Of a stretch of DNA of 64,000 nucleotides, positions 62,482 to 64,000 are shown piece by piece (within the stretch, counting starts at the first letter, position 1; every line of letters starts with the position of its first letter). Source of the DNA: a virus (Duplodnaviria; Caudoviricetes); the IMG/VR virus record IMGVR_UViG_3300043603_000010, positions 26,648 through 90,647 of that record. One strand, 5' to 3'. The notes under the pieces are model-generated. The model ran no database searches and was not told where the DNA came from. It saw only the letters and a program-made list of their open reading frames with translations. The position numbers were made by a program, and so were the translations under genes.

Positions 62482-63036
62482 ATGGCGTTGGAGAAGGGTG
62501 CTCCGGACGGGGGCGGACGGGCGGATGTGGCCACCCGTCGCAAGACGGCCATCGCCCTGAAATTGGCGGGGGCCACCTGGGAGCAGGTGGCGGAGCAGTG
62601 CGGGTATGCCGGTGCGGGCGCGGCGAACGCGGACATCGGGAAGTTCCGCAAGCAGCAGAACCTGGTGGCCGCAGCCAACTTCGAGGAACTGCGCGCCCAG
62701 GAGAACGAGCGGTACGACCGTCTTCAGATGGCGTACTGGCCCAAAGCGCTCCAGGGTGACAAGGACGCGGCGCTGATCGTTCTCAAGATCTTCGACCGGC
62801 GCGCCAACACGAACGGCCTGAACGCTCCGAAGGACATCAACCTCCAGCTGGCCGCACGGATCGACGTGGAAGCGGCGGCCGTGGTGGACGCCATCCTGGC
62901 AGCGGCGGACATGGTCGAACTGGCGCCGGACACCCGGATGAAGATGCTGGAGGCGGCGCAGGAGCACTTGGTGCGCACGGCGGCCCAGGGCGACGTGATC
63001 GTGGGAGAGATCGTCTCGGAGGTGGAGGACGGGTGA
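62482..63036 (+). CDS. HTH protein, terminase small subunit-like
   Basis: ALKLAGATWEQVAEQCGY...ERYDRLQ...WPKAL.GD...RR...GL.AP. Confidence 0.7.
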   Translation: MALEKGAPDGGGRADVATRRKTAIALKLAGATWEQVAEQCGYAGAGAANADIGKFRKQQNLVAAANFEELRAQENERYDRLQMAYWPKALQGDKDAALIVLKIFDRRANTNGLNAPKDINLQLAARIDVEAAAVVDAILAAADMVELAPDTRMKMLEAAQEHLVRTAAQGDVIVGEIVSEVEDG

Positions 63037-63209
63037 CAGCGCGTACGCCGGTAGAAGCAGCGCAGGAACTGGCCGACCTGCTCAACGACCTGGGCAGACT
63101 GGGCTTCGTGATTGCTGCCGAGGGGTTCGACGTCATGGTCATCGGTCAGCCCTTGATCGGCGTCGTCTTCGTGGCGGACGGCGTCTGGCACGTAGCGGAG
63201 AACGGCTGA
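63033..63209 (+). CDS. small hypothetical protein (58 aa)
   Basis: GTGA coupling; GGAGG RBS. Confidence 0.5.
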   Translation: MTARTPVEAAQELADLLNDLGRLGFVIAAEGFDVMVIGQPLIGVVFVADGVWHVAENG

Positions 63210-63223
63210 CCGCCCGGAGCAGA

Positions 63224-63262
63224 CAGCAGCGCCCCCGTCCGGAGATCCGGGCGGGGGCGCTG
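63224..63262. terminator. hairpin between convergent genes
   Basis: CAGCGCCCCCGTCCGG/CCGGGCGGGGGCGCTG. Confidence 0.75.
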
Positions 63263-63272
63263 TGCTGCCGGG

Positions 63273-63470
63273 TCAGACCGGGAGGCGCATCTCTCCAGCG
63301 GCGACACCGGCCGTGAAGGCGTCCCATTCGGCTCCGGTGAACACCAGGTAGCTGCCCTCCGGGTGCTTGGAGTCGCGCACCAGCACGGTGCCGTCACCCC
63401 CGTTCGCGATCTCCACGCAGTTGCCGTTGCCGCTGAACGTGCTCTTGGTCCAAGTCAGTCCGGACTTCAC
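63273..63470 (-). CDS. DUF397-domain protein (orphan)
   Basis: WTKSTFSGNGNCVEIA...VRDSKHP...FTGAEWDAF. Confidence 0.9.
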   Translation of the reverse strand: MKSGLTWTKSTFSGNGNCVEIANGGDGTVLVRDSKHPEGSYLVFTGAEWDAFTAGVAAGEMRLPV

Positions 63471-63645
63471 GGGATCTCCTCTGTCAGTGGGTCGATCGGT
63501 GAGCCACCACCCTACCGGATTAGTCCTACCGGATCGACTAATGCGGCCGGATCTGCCGGAGTTCCTGGGTCTGCGGACGATTCTTAGCTAGGGTGTGCCC
63601 TTCCAGACGGCATCGGGGGAACGATGATCCAGAAGGAGCACACCC

Positions 63646-64000
63646 ATGGGACACCACAGGCGTCCGAAGCCGGTGACGACAGCGACCCGTGTTGCGGTTG
63701 CGGTGGCCGTCGGCGGATCCGCCACCACTGCCGGGATCGCCACAGCACACGCCGCGTCCGTCAGCACCTGGGATGCGGTTGCCCAGTGCGAGAGCAGCGG
63801 AAACTGGTCCGACAACACCGGGAACGGCTACTTCGGAGGGCTCCAGTTCTCTCCGTCCACCTGGTCCGCCTACGGCGGCAGGGCCTACGCACCCGAAGCG
63901 TCCGGCGCCACCAAGGCGCAGCAGATCGCCGTGGCGGAGAAGGTCCTGGCCTCGCAGGGACCCGGCGCGGGGGCCGGCGGGGGGCCCCGCGCCGGCCGCA
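63646..64000 (+). CDS. secreted Rpf-family transglycosylase (truncated by window)
   Basis: AGAAGGAG RBS; signal-like N-terminus; [13 protein letters not shown]...[15 protein letters not shown]...[14 protein letters not shown]. Confidence 0.92.
   Translation, partial: MGHHRRPKPVTTATRVAVAVAVGGSATTAGIATAHAASVSTWDAVAQCESSGNWSDNTGNGYFGGLQFSPSTWSAYGGRAYAPEASGATKAQQIAVAEKVLASQGPGAGAGGGPRAGR

Noticed and set aside
1612-62678. Long opposite-strand or alternate-frame ORFs (e.g. 5830-8490, 22979-25219, 37488-39770, 52556-55135, 52605-55082)
   Set aside because: Arg/Pro/Gly-rich shadow frames expected at ~70% GC, with no motifs or RBS; only the nested endonuclease and the 22-aa peptide had independent support
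63500-63645. c-di-AMP (ydaO) riboswitch upstream of rpf, as in Streptomyces rpfA
   Set aside because: Only a GGGGAAC fragment resembles it; the conserved stems could not be found by eye. An Infernal search with the Rfam model would settle it
63968-64000. Rpf domain ending [10 protein letters not shown] instead of the usual QGPGAWP
   Set aside because: Last ~30 nt are G/C runs at the window edge and may be low-quality or contig-end sequence; no biological claim made
1-64000. Prophage status (integrase, att site, host genes)
   Set aside because: No integrase or host housekeeping genes in the window; lifestyle cannot be determined from this segment

Overview
High-GC tailed actinobacteriophage DNA (siphovirus-like; host probably Streptomyces or a related filamentous actinomycete, inferred from TraB, DUF397, WhiB and Rpf content). 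Layout: (1) + strand end of the virion operon, 1-11.9 kb (head-tail connectors, tail chaperones, tape measure with lytic transglycosylase, tail/hub protein, membrane proteins, glycosyltransferase). (2) A 40-kb - strand arm, 11.9-52.1 kb, with WhiB, ThyX, dozens of small ORFs, ten tRNA or tRNA-like elements interleaved between protein genes, three near-identical strong promoters each followed by a covarying structured RNA leader, a glycosyltransferase/methyltransferase/epimerase cluster, a Streptomyces-type TraB conjugation module with a clt-like repeat tract, SSB, a Cas4/RecE-like exonuclease and an intein-split helicase whose intein carries an out-of-frame endonuclease. (3) A + strand replication/late arm, 52.2-64 kb (HTH, primase-helicase, family A polymerase, RuvC-like resolvase, ParB, ABC-ATPase/GNAT fusion, terminase-small-subunit-like HTH, Rpf) plus an orphan DUF397 on the - strand. 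No integrase, capsid, large terminase, endolysin or CRISPR array is visible in the window. All family calls come from motif recognition by eye; no database searches were run, and coordinates were counted by hand.
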